DNA of 64,000 bases from Mobula hypostoma. Lineage: Eukaryota. Numbering within the stretch: position 1 is the stretch's first letter; the number at the start of each line of letters is the position of its first letter. The position numbers and the translations under genes were made by a program. Positions 51,652-64,000 of the stretch are shown in pieces. The notes beneath the pieces are model-generated. The model was given only the letters and a program-made list of their open reading frames with translations, searched no databases and had not been told where the DNA came from. Location: assembly GCF_963921235.1 (NCBI RefSeq), contig NC_086097.1, positions 182,344,001 to 182,408,000 on the forward strand, read 5' to 3'.

Positions 51652-52156
51652 AAGTTTGGTGTGGGCCCCCATATCCTAACAACTTTCTACAGGGGCACAA
51701 CTGAGAGCATCCTGACTGGCTGCATCACTACCTGGTATGGGAACTGTACTTCCCTCAATCACAGGACTCTGCAGAGAGTGGTGCAGACAGCCCAGCGCAT
51801 CTGTAGTTGTGTACTTCCCACTATTCAGGACATTTACAAGGACAGGGTGTGTAAAAAGGGCCCATAGGATCATTGGGGACCCAAGCCATCCCAACCACAA
51901 TCTATTCCAGCTGCTACCATCTGGAAAGCAGCACCGCAGCATAAAAGCCAGGACCAACAGGCTCTGGGACAGCTTCTTCCACCAGGCCATCAGTCTGATG
52001 AACTCATGCTGATTTGAGTGTACTCTGTATTATATTGACTGTTCTATTTTTTATAAGTTACTATGATTGCACATTGCACATTTAGATGGAGATGTAACGT
52101 GAAGACTTTCACTCCTCATGTATGTGAAGGATGTAAGAAATAAAGTCAATTCAAAT
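51652..52156 (+). mobile_element. Rex1/Babar 3' fragment
   Basis: FYRGTTESILTGCITTWYGNC, LLPSGKQHRSI, and tail aataaagtcaattcaaat. Confidence 0.88.
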
Positions 52157-54224
52157 CTTCTTTGTGGAAGGTGTTTAAACCCCCAAGTGTCGTGTTGCAC
52201 CCATTCCATTGCTGGCAGACCTACCTACCCTCCAATAACTGCGTCTGGCGCACCTTTCTGTACAGGAAAATATGCTGACCTTGCTTGGAACCTTTCCTCC
52301 TTATCCTTTCCTGTTACAGTCCGAACTCTGACCAAGTTAGGACCAGTGCCACAAGACGCTCCTCCACTGATACTCTCCCATCTGCTCAGCATTATTCCCT
52401 GAAGTTTCTACCCAGGGTTGTCCACTCTCCAGCTGGTATTGTATTTAGATGTGGAAAGTTCTGCAGAATGTTGCTTTAGCATGCTTGCCCTCTGCTCCTT
52501 GTCCACCTGCCCATTTGCTGTTAAGAGCTGAGACAATGAAATCAGCCAGGATTGCTGGGATCCTGGGATTTCTGCAGAGATTTGCTACCTACCCAGCTGC
52601 CACCTGTAGGTTGTTCACAGGCCAGTAGCACGTTCTCAGCCTCCAGCAGTGGGCCCTCTTCCTTTGTTCGACCCACCTGATGATCCCACAAACATCCGGC
52701 ACCTCTGCAAGCTGGGATGGTTAAACCAGTTGTACCAACCAATACCCCCCCATCGCTTTATACCCCCCCCCACCATCCTTTCTCTTGTTTGAACACCCTC
52801 TGGCCCAAAACATTAACAGCCCCACTGCCCCTCCAGTCACAGTCCAGGATTCTCCTGCGGTATCTGACTTACTGATGTATCACTGAGGAAGGCCCGACCA
52901 ATCAGCAGGGAACTCAGAGGCTCACATAGATCCCTTGCTTGTATATTTTCTAATCTTTGCTTTTCCAGCTTTCCTACTCACTCCAGCTTCTCCTTGTAAC
53001 TGAAACACTCCATCCCAGGAAACGTCGTGGTGGATCTCCCCTCACTTATCCCAATGCGGTCACAGCCTCCTGCCGTGTGGTCACCTCATGAACTGCTCTA
53101 ACCTTACCCAAGTTCTATAAAATTATCCCTGCTCGTATACTCTGTGCCCCAGGTGATGAAGGCTAATACAATTAATGGCGTCTTCACACCCTGTGTGCTA
53201 GTATACAACCACCTCCAGCATCCTTGGACACCACTACCAAGGACCCTTTCATTCATGGTGTATGTTCCATCACCCTTCTATTATTAGGATGAGACTTCAT
53301 TGACCAATGCTCTACTCAGACAAGCATACTGCTCCGTTACCAATGCAGGAGAGAGTCATTGTCATCAGCATAGAAAAAGGCCTTTCCACCCAACTCCTGC
53401 CGACCAAGGTTCCCATCCAATCTAGTCCTCCTTGTCCACATTTAGCCCGTATCCCCCTAAACCTTTCCTATCTATGTAATTGTCCAAGTGGCATTGAAAT
53501 ATTGTAACCACAGAAGGGGCTGCAGTGGAGAGGGAGCTGAGGTTTACCAGGACTTTGCCTGAAGCCATCAGAAATGATTGAAGAGGGCAGGGCTGTTTTC
53601 ATTGGTTGGGGGGAGATGAGATGTAGAAGGTGATGTGAGACCAGGGACAGATGTTTAAAGTGCTCAGTGGAGCACATTTGCCCAGAGGGAGGCAGGTCTG
53701 GTCCTCACTGTCAGAGGCGGGGGAGACAGAGACCCCCATCATATTTGTGCAGCACTTATTCCTGATCCTTTTGGGTTGCTGTGTCTTTGTTGAAGGAGAT
53801 TGATGGGTTTACCACTGTTCTGGTCAGACATGGAGGTCACTCTCACAGTGAATGACAAACCCCTGATGGTCACAGACACTGTGGACTGGCAGGGGACTCG
53901 AGGGTTGATAGGTTTGTCTCTCTGTAACCTCTGCATGGATCAATGAGGAGGAATGTTGATGACATGCTAGGTCTATGGTGGGTGGGCTCCTCGCCTCAGG
54001 GGATGAGATCTCACGTAGAGGAGTATATACCTGGAAGTTGAGCTGAACCTCACTGAGGAGGTCTGGCCGGCAAACTGCAAAAGTCAGAGGGCTAGATCAC
54101 CACCGATGAGAGGACTGTTCCAAGGGGTTCCCCAGAGGGCTCTTAAACCAGCTGCTGACTTCCATGTGGTGGAACTAGTAGCCACTTTGGACCCTCTCCT
54201 GGCACTGTCACCAGCATCGAGAGC

Positions 54225-54930
54225 ATACAACAATGTACAATACAGCTCAGTACAGGCTCTTTTGCCCACAATGTTGTGCCAATCCTTATACCGATTCCAA
54301 GATCAACCTAATCCACCCCTCTGACACAGCCCAATTTCCTTTTATGCAAGAGTCTCTTAAATGTCCCTATTGTACCCACTACTCCTCTCTTAAAAAACCT
54401 ACCTCTGACATCTCTCCCAAACTTCCCTCCACTCACCTTTGATATTGGCCATTGCCACCCTGGAAGAAGTCTCTATCTCTTCTCATCTTATACAACACTA
54501 TGCTCTGTCGCTCCAAAGAGAAACACCCTGGCTAAGACATGTTCTCTAATGCATGCGGCATCTGACAAATCTCCTCTGCACCCTGTTAAAGCTTCCACAT
54601 CCCTCCCATAATGTGACCAGAACAGAAGACAATATTCCAAGTGTGGTCTAACCAGAGTTTTCAAGAGCTGTAGCATTACCACGTGGCTCTTCAGCCCAAT
54701 CCTCTGACTAAAGAAGACCAGTACCTTCTTAACCATCCTATCATCTTGTGCTGCAACTCTGAGGGATCTATGGGCGTGGACTCCAAGATCTCTCTGTTCC
54801 TCCAAACTGCTAAGAATCCTACAATTAATCATGTAATCTACCTTCAGGTTCGACTTTTCACAGAGAATCACGTCACACTTTTTCGGGTTGAACTCCGTCT
54901 GTCACTCTCAGCCCAGCTCTGCATCCTGTT
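54225..54930 (-). mobile_element. CR1 3' fragment
   Basis: EEQRDLGVH and KTLVRPHLEYC. Confidence 0.82.
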
Positions 54931-55619
54931 GGTAGTTTCTTTCTGGGGCAACAGGAAACAGAGGATCTCAGTCTTCCAGTGGGGGGGTGGGGTGGGGTGG
55001 GGTTTGGTCAGTCACTGTCTGTACCGGGTGATGACTCTTCACCTCCAGACCCTGCAGAGATCCCTGTACAACGAATAATTTCTTGGGAGGTGTGTGCTGG
55101 TGAGGTATTTCTCAGGATGGTAGCTATCTGTTGTCAGAGTTTCCCTGTTGGCTGGGCAAGGCTTACACCTCGGGTTGTAGGGAGGGGTGGTGGAGTGGTG
55201 GAGGGTGCTGTAGGATGCTGAACTTCATAGCCAGATTCTCTGGTGTTGAGGATCCAGAGGTGTGGAATAACCCCACCAACCCGAACATCAGGCGCTGACA
55301 CACCGTCATCAGACAGGCCAACCTGAACTGGATCCTGAAAGCTTCCCTTGCACCATTCCACACTGAACCACCTCTCCTTACATCCTTGTCCATTGTCCAG
55401 ATACTCGGTGGAAGTCACTCCCAGCCACCCTGTCTCTGTAACCTCTCCTGCTCTGCAATCCCCTCTGGCCCCTACACCCCTCCCTATCTCAGTGACCCTC
55501 CAGTCCACACACCCCTCCCAGTAGCTCCTTTCCTTCCCTACATCTCTCCCTGCCGATGTAACTCCCTGTGTCCCTCCCCCACCACCCCGCACCCTGCTCC
55601 AGACCCCTAAACCTGAGAC

Positions 55620-56300
55620 TCATCACTTCCTTTGTGACTGGATCCTAACCAACAGACTGCAGTCAGCCACCACTACCCTCAGGACTGGTGGCCCCTGCTG
55701 TAGTTCCGGTACTGACTGTGTCAGACGCGAGAGTCAAGAAGACGCTCAGCTCTTTTAGTTCCTCAGGCATGTTCCCGCTGGCGCTCACCAATTTTTACCA
55801 AGGCACCACAGAAATCATCCGGACCGGTTTGTAAGGCAACTGACCGCACAAAGCGAACTGCAGAGAGTTGCGGACACAGGAAGCGGGGTCTCCTCTGTGG
55901 ACTCTGTCTACACTCGTCGCTGCCTCAGTAAGGCAGTCAGCGTGTTCGAAACCCGCAGCCACCCTGGCATTCTCTCTTTGCCCACACCCGATCGGGCAGA
56001 ACAAAAGTCTGAAAACACGAACCACCCGGCTGAAGGACTGCTTCTACCCCGCTGTTCTAAGACTATTGAATGGTTTCCCTAGTACGATAAACTAGATTCT
56101 TGACCTCACAGTCCATCTCGCCGTGACCTTGCACATTCTTGTCTGCCTGCGCTGCACCTTCTCTCTAACTCTTTATTTTGTTTCCCTTTTTAGTGTCTTG
56201 ATGAACTTGTGCACAGAATGGTTTGTATGGGCAGCACGCAAAGAAGCTTTTCACTTTTTCTTGGTACAGTACATTTGTCAATATTAGATCAATGCCATTA
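55620..56300 (+). mobile_element. Degenerate Rex1-type fragment
   Basis: KSLKTRTTRLKDCFYPAVLRLLNG. Confidence 0.72.
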
Positions 56301-56714
56301 ATCATATCTGGCCCCTACACCCCTCTCTATCTCTATAACTCTCTCCCCCTTCCTGTAACCCCTCGACCGTTCCCTGTTTTCCCACTGCACTCCCTCTCTG
56401 ATCAGTGTTTCAACTCTATGCTCTCCGCTCTGTCCCTCTCCATATCCCGGTTCTCTCTGACTCCTCTCCGCTCTGACCCCTCTTTCTGTCCCTCTCCATC
56501 TCCCGGTTCTCGCTATCTTTTCTCCCCCTCTCATGCTGCGTCCTCAAACTTTTCCCAGGCTCCGTGTTCTCTCTCCCTCCATTCATTCCCAACCTCCCCC
56601 TCTCTCTGTCCCCTTCTTTGTTACCCTCCTTCTGTGATGTTTTGCTCTCTCGGGCAGGGGACATAACCCTAGTCAAGCCCAGGGCTTTGTTCTCTTCCGT
56701 TGCTCACACGCCAC

Positions 56715-57991
56715 TTACATAGAAAATATTAATTTATTGAAATCACAAAAATGTACAGATTTATTACATCCAGGTGGGGGGCAGGGATTTGCTATTTACA
56801 TGTCCCACAAGTTGGGTGGGCTCGGGGTTTAATAAATAAATGGGAACTCGTCCCTCAGTCTGCCGTACCCCGGGAACCCGCTGCTCTACCCTGGCCGCGC
56901 TCTCGGCCCCAGTCCGTCCCGGAGCATCACTCCTCACCTCGAATAACGGGGCCGATACCCGCGCTGGACGGCGGTCAGTCCCGGGCAGGACGGGGGGTTC
57001 CGGAAAGGGATGGGTCGGAGGCGTGATAGGATGGGGAATCGGGTCGCTCCGCGTTGGCAGATCGCGCGGGATCAGTGAGAGCGGCGTCTGGGGATCGGGG
57101 ACGGGAGGTGGGCTGGGTGGGGGAACCTAGGCGGACCGGGGATGGATGAGGGGAGAGAAGGTTTCTGGGGTCCGGGATACATAGCGTGAAAGGGCGACGG
57201 GATCAGAACAAGGGAGCGGAGTTGGGAAAGGGAGAGGGGGAGCGCGGATCAAGGGGTTCAATGCGGTTGAGGGAGCGAAGAGAGAGAGAGGGGGAGGAGA
57301 AGGGAAGCAAGAGAGGGAGCGGGAGATAGAGAGGGAATGCGGAGAGGGAGAGGGGGTGTTCGGCGCGGCGCATCGGTCCGAGCGGGCTTAAATCGGCGCC
57401 GGGTCGAACGCTCCCTCTCGCGGGCGAACGGCCTGGCGAGACCCACTGTGAGCCCCAACAGACCCGCTGGGCCGAATGGCCTCTCCCGTTGCTGCTCTTC
57501 CCGGAAGTGAACAACCTCCCCGTACCCAGTCTGGACCCCGGATCAGAGCTCGGGTCTTTTCCCGCTTTGGAATCTGTCCGAGATCCGTGATGTCCTGCCG
57601 CGGGAGCAGTGGCCGAACTGCAACGAGTCACGGCCTGGCACAGTCTTGGGTCAGTAGGAGCCAAGTCCCGGATCCGAGCTTTGCTGTCCCGGGCGGCGGG
57701 GGTGGGGTGGGGGAGGGTTTCGATCTGGAGATGGCCGGGATCAATAGAAGTTGTGTTCCAGGTAGAGCTGTACCCTGTCGCGGGTTAGTGGGAGCCGTAT
57801 AACGGATCCGGAGGTGTCCTATCCCAGGTCCAGAGGTGTCCTGTTTCGGGCGGCAGCGCTGTCCCGCGTCAGTAAAAGTTGTGTTCTGGGTCCAAACTGT
57901 GCTGTCCCAGGCGTCACTGGGTGATCTGAAACTGTCCCAGGTCAATAGGACCGTGCCCGGTCTGAGCCGCGCTGTCCCGGGCGGGAGTAGA
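56715..57991 (-). other. GBX1: Probable GBX1 3' UTR
   Basis: Repeat-free region between the stop codon and tandem minus-strand AATAAA signals. The exact end is inferred. Confidence 0.7.
56733..56765 (-). terminator. Tandem polyadenylation signals (AATAAA at 56765-56760 and 56738-56733)
   Basis: TTTATT twice on the plus strand, upstream TGTA motifs, and a GT-rich downstream element (GTGGCGTGTG on the minus strand). Confidence 0.75.
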
Positions 57992-59360
<1,369 letters not shown>

Positions 59361-59772
59361 CTGGCAGAGTTTGCAGCCCATCTCCGTACGATTGTTCGGC
59401 CCCTTTGCTCTCGGATTCGCTACCGTGCCGGCGGCCGGCGGGATCGGGGTGGCTGCGGGACGCCGGTAACTCGGGCGCAGGGTAGAAGTTGTCGGCGCTG
59501 TCGCTGAAGTTGGGCAGTGCGGTACTGAGGGCGACCATGGGTGGCACGGCTTGGCCAAGGCCGGCACAGAACGAATTGCTGAGGCGACTTGCGAAGGAGG
59601 CGAGAGGTGCGAGCGGCGGCAGGGCGGGCGGGACTGCCTGCGGCAGCACCAGTGGCCGGTACGGCATCAGCATCGGGTAGCCGGTGTAGAGCAGGTGCCC
59701 GGGGCGCGGCGCCGGGGAGCCGATCAGCGAGTCGATGGAGAAGGCGGCTCCCGGGCCGTTCGGCCGCTGCAT
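59361..59772 (-). CDS. GBX1: Gastrulation brain homeobox 1, coding exon 1 (412 nt, phase-1 donor)
   Basis: Translates MQRPNGPGAAFSIDSLIGSP...HLLYTGYPMLMPYRPLVLPQA...PPLAPLASFASRLSNSFCAGLGQAVPPMVAL, matching the vertebrate GBX1 N-terminus including the eh1 motif FSIDSLIG. Ends CTG CCA G|GTGAGA, a canonical donor with GT at 59360-59359. Confidence 0.96.
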
Positions 59773-60479
59773 GTCGGTGCTGGCCGCGCCCGCGCTCCAC
59801 TCTGAGCCCCGGCACCCGCCGCCGCGGCATCATAAACGCCGAGGGGCCGAGCGGCGGAGGGGCCGCCCCCCTCAACATCATTCATCATCAGGGAGCGCGG
59901 CACTTCCCGCACCGCACCGGCCGCTCCTCCCCCTGCACCGGCTGTCCGAGCGGAGGGGAGGGGAGGGGAGGGGGGGATGTCAGACCTCCGAGCGGGGAGG
60001 GCGGGGACGGAAAAGGGAGTGAGTGGGAGGAAGAGAGGGGAAAGGGGAAAAGAGGGCGTGGGGGAGATGAGAGGGGAGGGATGGAGAAGATGAGGGGGGA
60101 GGGAGGGTATGTAAGGAGGGGGTGGATGAAGGGAAGGAGGGGTAAAGGGAGGGTGGGAAGGGATGGAGGGAGGGGTGAGACAGGTCCCAGTGCCGGCCCA
60201 GCCGCTCCGTGTCGGACCGGAGCAGTGGTCTATCACTAAGTGAGATTGATGAGCTGCGGTGGGACAAGAGTGTCTTTGTTAAAGTTTGAGAGGCGGTGGT
60301 AGGGCGGCTGAGGAGAGGGGTGGGGAGCAGATGGTTTCAAAGCCTTTTCCCTGATTAAGGGTGTGTGTTTGACCATAAATAACCAGCGGCTCGGCCGTCA
60401 CGGCGCAAAAACAATCTACTCGACTCCAAGTGAGCAGAGCCAGAGCTATGCGCGGCTGCGAGATCAAATAAAGCGGGAG

Positions 60480-61300
60480 GGAGGGAGAGGGAGGGGGTAG
60501 AGTGTGAGTGGCGGGAGGTGGAGGCAAGCAAGTAGAAGTAGAAGGAAGGTAGGGTTTAAGGGTGAGGAGGAGGGAGGTCTGAGCGTGAGGAGGGGGAGGG
60601 TCTGAGGGTGAGGAGGGAGGGTGTGAGGGTGAGGTTTGGGGTGAGGAAGAAGGGTCTGAGGGTGAGGAGGAGGGAAGGTCTGGAGTGAGGAGGAGGAGGA
60701 GGAAGGTCAGAAGGTGAGGAAGGCTTTCTGGAGGCGCAGCTGGTGATAGAGGAAGGAGTGAGGAGGAAGTGTTCAGGGGTCGAGGAGGAGGAGGAGGTAG
60801 GTAGTTTCGGGGTGAGGGAGGTCAAGGAATGAGGAGGGGGTCGGGGTAAGGAGGAGAGGGTCTGGAAGTAAGATGGAGGGGGTCAGGGGTTGAGGAGGGT
60901 TTCTGTAGGTGCAGGTGGTGATGATAGGGAGAGGGGAAGAAGGGAGAGGGTCTGAGGGTGAGAAGGAGGAGGGAGGGCCTGAGAGAGAGGATGAGGGGGT
61001 CAGGGGATGAGTAGGGGGTTGGGGTGAGGAGGGTTTCTGGAGGTGCAGGTAGTGATGATAGGGAGAGGGGAAGAGAGGAAGGAGTAAGGCGGGGTGATGG
61101 AGAAAAGAAGCTGGGTGAAAGGATTAGCGGAAAGGAAGAGGAGTGGGAGGGAAGGGATTAGCATGGTGAGGTGAATGGAGGGGAGTAGGACAGTGAGAGA
61201 GATGGGGAGAGAGGCAGGGATGGATGGGAGTGGGATGAAGAAGGAGGAGGGAGGTGGAGAGAGGGATGGGAGGGGTGGAGATGGAGAAAGAAGAGAGGGG
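60480..61300. repeat. Purine-rich (G/A) low-complexity tract upstream of GBX1 with internal duplications
   Basis: Very C-poor plus strand. The block gaggagggtttctg.aggtgcaggt.gtgatgatagggagaggggaaga appears at about 60892 and 61027. Confidence 0.85.
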
Positions 61301-61779
61301 GAAATTTGGGCTGTGTGACCAAAGATCTAAGGGAAATGGGGATTCGGAGACAAAGTCTAAGGGCAGAGTTTGGCAAGCCTGCTGGAGTGTTCCAGAATTT
61401 TAGTAAAATAAACCAGTCAATTTGAAGCATTTGGACTTTAGAATTCCCTGCAAAGTACTGTGCAAGAGATTATTAAATAAATTAGAGCACAGTGTGTTGG
61501 GATGTGGATTAAACAGACAGAAAGGTTTATATTCTGTTGAAGATTGAACACTGGGTCCAAGGTTACAATTGTACAGTTATTTAAGGGTAACAACAAGGTT
61601 AGCAAATTCAAATGAGCTACAGTGAACAGGTGAATGAGGTGGAATCCCAGAAAAGGCGAACGGGATCTTCCTGTGCTGACCATCAAGCCATTTACAATCA
61701 CAGCACATGGATCACCAAGAAAGTTGGACAGAGCAGTGTCAAAGGGGATGCTTTCTGGGTGATCAAGTTCTGTTAGGAC

Positions 61780-64000
61780 ATATAGAGCAAATGGCAGGAA
61801 TGCCAGGAGCACTGACGTGCAGGGAGCTTGGGGTGCAAGCCTGTAGCTCCCTGAAAGTGGTGACACAGATGGCAGTGAAGAAGGCATTTGGTACATTTGT
61901 TTCAGATGCCTGGGCACTGAATAAAAGAGTTGGGATGACATATTGCAGTTGTACAAAGCATGAATCAGACCAGACTTGGAATATTGTGTACAGTTCTGGT
62001 CACCACACCGTAGGAAGGATATTGGAGCAATAGAGAGAGTGCAAAAGAGATTCTCCAGTATTTCCCCACGGCTGTGGTTAAAAGGAGAGATTGGACAGGC
62101 TGGCTTTGCTGTCACTCAAGCACAGGAGGGTGAGGCATGACCTTATAAAGCTTTATAAACATATGAGGGGCATTCATAGGGTAGATAGTCATAGTCTTTT
62201 TCTCAGGACAGGAGAGTCTAGCTGGTGCAATGCACACAAAATGCTGGAGGAACTCAACAGGTCAGGCAGCATCTGTGGAAATGAATTAACAGTCAACATA
62301 CTGAGCCAAGACCCTCCTCAGGACTAAGTTTATTTTTGTCACATGTACCAGTATACAATGAAAAGCTTGTCTTGCATACTGTTTTATACAGATCAAATCA
62401 TTACACAGTGCATTGAGCTAGAATAAGGTAAAACAATAGGAATGCAGAATAAAGTGTAGAGACGACCACAAATGTGCAGAGCAGGTAAAGACTGAAGTGC
62501 AAGATCATCATGAGGTAGATTGTGAGGCTGAGAGTCCACGTTATTGTACAAGAGTCCACCCAAGGTTAGTCTAGCGTCTAGAACTAGAGGGCACAGTTTA
62601 GGGTGAGAGAGGTTACCTGAGGGGTAAGTTTTTCCACGTAGTGTACAGTGGGTATCTGGAATGAGGCAGATACAATTGCAACATTTAAAAGCAGTTTGTA
62701 CGGGCACTTGTATTGGAAATGTGTAATGGGATATGGGCTTAATGCAGGGAAATAGGATCAGAGCAGATAGCCAGCATGGATAGAACTTTGGCTGATTGAC
62801 AAGAGGCAGAGTGGGAATAAAAGGATCCCTTTTGGATTCGCTGCCGGTGACTAATGGTGTTCCACGGGAGTCTACGCTGGGACCACTTCTCTTTACATTG
62901 AATGTCCATGTTTTAGATGACAAAATTGATGGCTTTGTGCAAACGTTTGTAGATGATACGAAGATAGGTGGAGGGGCAGGTGGTGTTGATGAAGCAGAGA
63001 GGCTGCAGAAGGACTTATACAGATTTGGAGAATGGGCACGAGGCGGCAGATGGAATACAGTGTGAGGAAGTGTATGGTCATGCATTTTGGTGAAAGGGAC
63101 AAAAGCATGGACTATTTTCTAAATGGGGAGAAAATACAAAATTACAAAGTGCAAAGGGATTTCAGAATCCTTGTGCAGGATTCCCTAAAGGTTAATTTGC
63201 AGGTTGAGTCAGTGGTGAGGAAGGTGAATGCAATGGATAACATTCATTTTGAGAGGGCTAGTACAGTATATAAAATCAAGTATGTAATGCTATGGCTGTA
63301 TAAGGGACTGGAGAGCCCTCCCTCCCTCTGAGTATTGATGTTTGGGACCCCCTATTTAAGAAAGGATGTGGTGACATTGGAGAGGGCTCAGAGGAAGTTC
63401 TCAAGAATGTTTCCAGGGATGAAAGGGTTATCGTATGAGCAGTGATTGAAGGCTTTAGGCCTGTACTCGATGGAATTTGGAAGAATGGGGGTTCATTGAA
63501 AGCTATTGAATGTTGAAAGGCTTAGACAGAGTGGATGTGAAGAGGAGGTTTCCTATAGTGGACCATAGGGCACAGTGTCAAAATAGAGGACATCCATTTA
63601 GAACAGAAATGAGGATGAACTTCTTTAGCCAGGGGGTGGTGAATCTGTGGAATTCATTGTCACAGCTGGCTTTGGAGGCTAGGTCACTGGGTGCATCTTA
63701 AGATGGAGGTTGATAGGTTCTTGTTTAGGAGAAAGTGAGAGAATGAGGTTGAGGGGGAAATGCATCAGCCATGATGAAATGGCACAGCAGACTTGATGGG
63801 CAATATGGCCTAATTCTGCTCCTATGTCTTATGATCTTATCATGGTGGGCATGAACAAGATGGGCTGCAGGGCTTAGCCATGGAAATGGTTTCCTATAGC
63901 CTACCTTTTCTTTGGCCCTTGTGACTTTGTACCATCAGGTTCTCTCACTGTACTGGGTTTGGTTCTGATAACATAAGATACAGGAGCAGAATTAGGCCAT
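61780..64000 (+). mobile_element. CR1 fragments with a Penelope copy (about 62228-62325) and a Rex-type 3' end
   Basis: VTNGVPRESTLGPLLF, FVDDTKIGG, KGLDRVDVKRRFP. Confidence 0.82.

Noticed and set aside
55464..56324. 18-bp direct repeat TCTGGCCCCTACACCCCT flanking a Rex fragment, as a TSD
   Set aside because: It does not abut the element ends and lies in C-rich, possibly L2-derived low-complexity DNA.

Overview
Vertebrate genomic DNA. The repeat repertoire (CR1, Rex1/Babar, Penelope, a 52-bp GGGACAGTGTAGAGGG satellite) suggests a cartilaginous fish, probably a ray; this is inference. The only host protein-coding gene I can support is GBX1 on the minus strand: two exons, 59772-59361 and 58488-57992, 302 aa, inside a CpG island, with a 3' UTR of about 1.27 kb. 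The first ~2.5 kb is repeat-free and ends in a plus-strand poly(A) signal, consistent with the 3' UTR of a convergent neighbour (AGAP3 by human synteny, unproven here). The ~54 kb between them is a dense, nested pile of retroelements (CR1, Rex1/Babar, Penelope-like, one Nimb/I-clade fragment, one solo LTR), plus several minisatellites and a few repeat-free islands rich in homeodomain, Pbx and TCF motifs that are candidate GBX1 enhancers. The most striking hidden structure is about a dozen Penelope-derived copies of a minimal type-I hammerhead ribozyme motif (AGTC-CTGANGA-stem II-GAAAC-GTH-GACT). Two are core-intact and sit on opposite strands in the arms of a young fold-back insertion, and five short copies begin almost exactly at the 5' edge of the ribozyme. 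Repeat boundaries were read by eye and are approximate unless a TSD is given.
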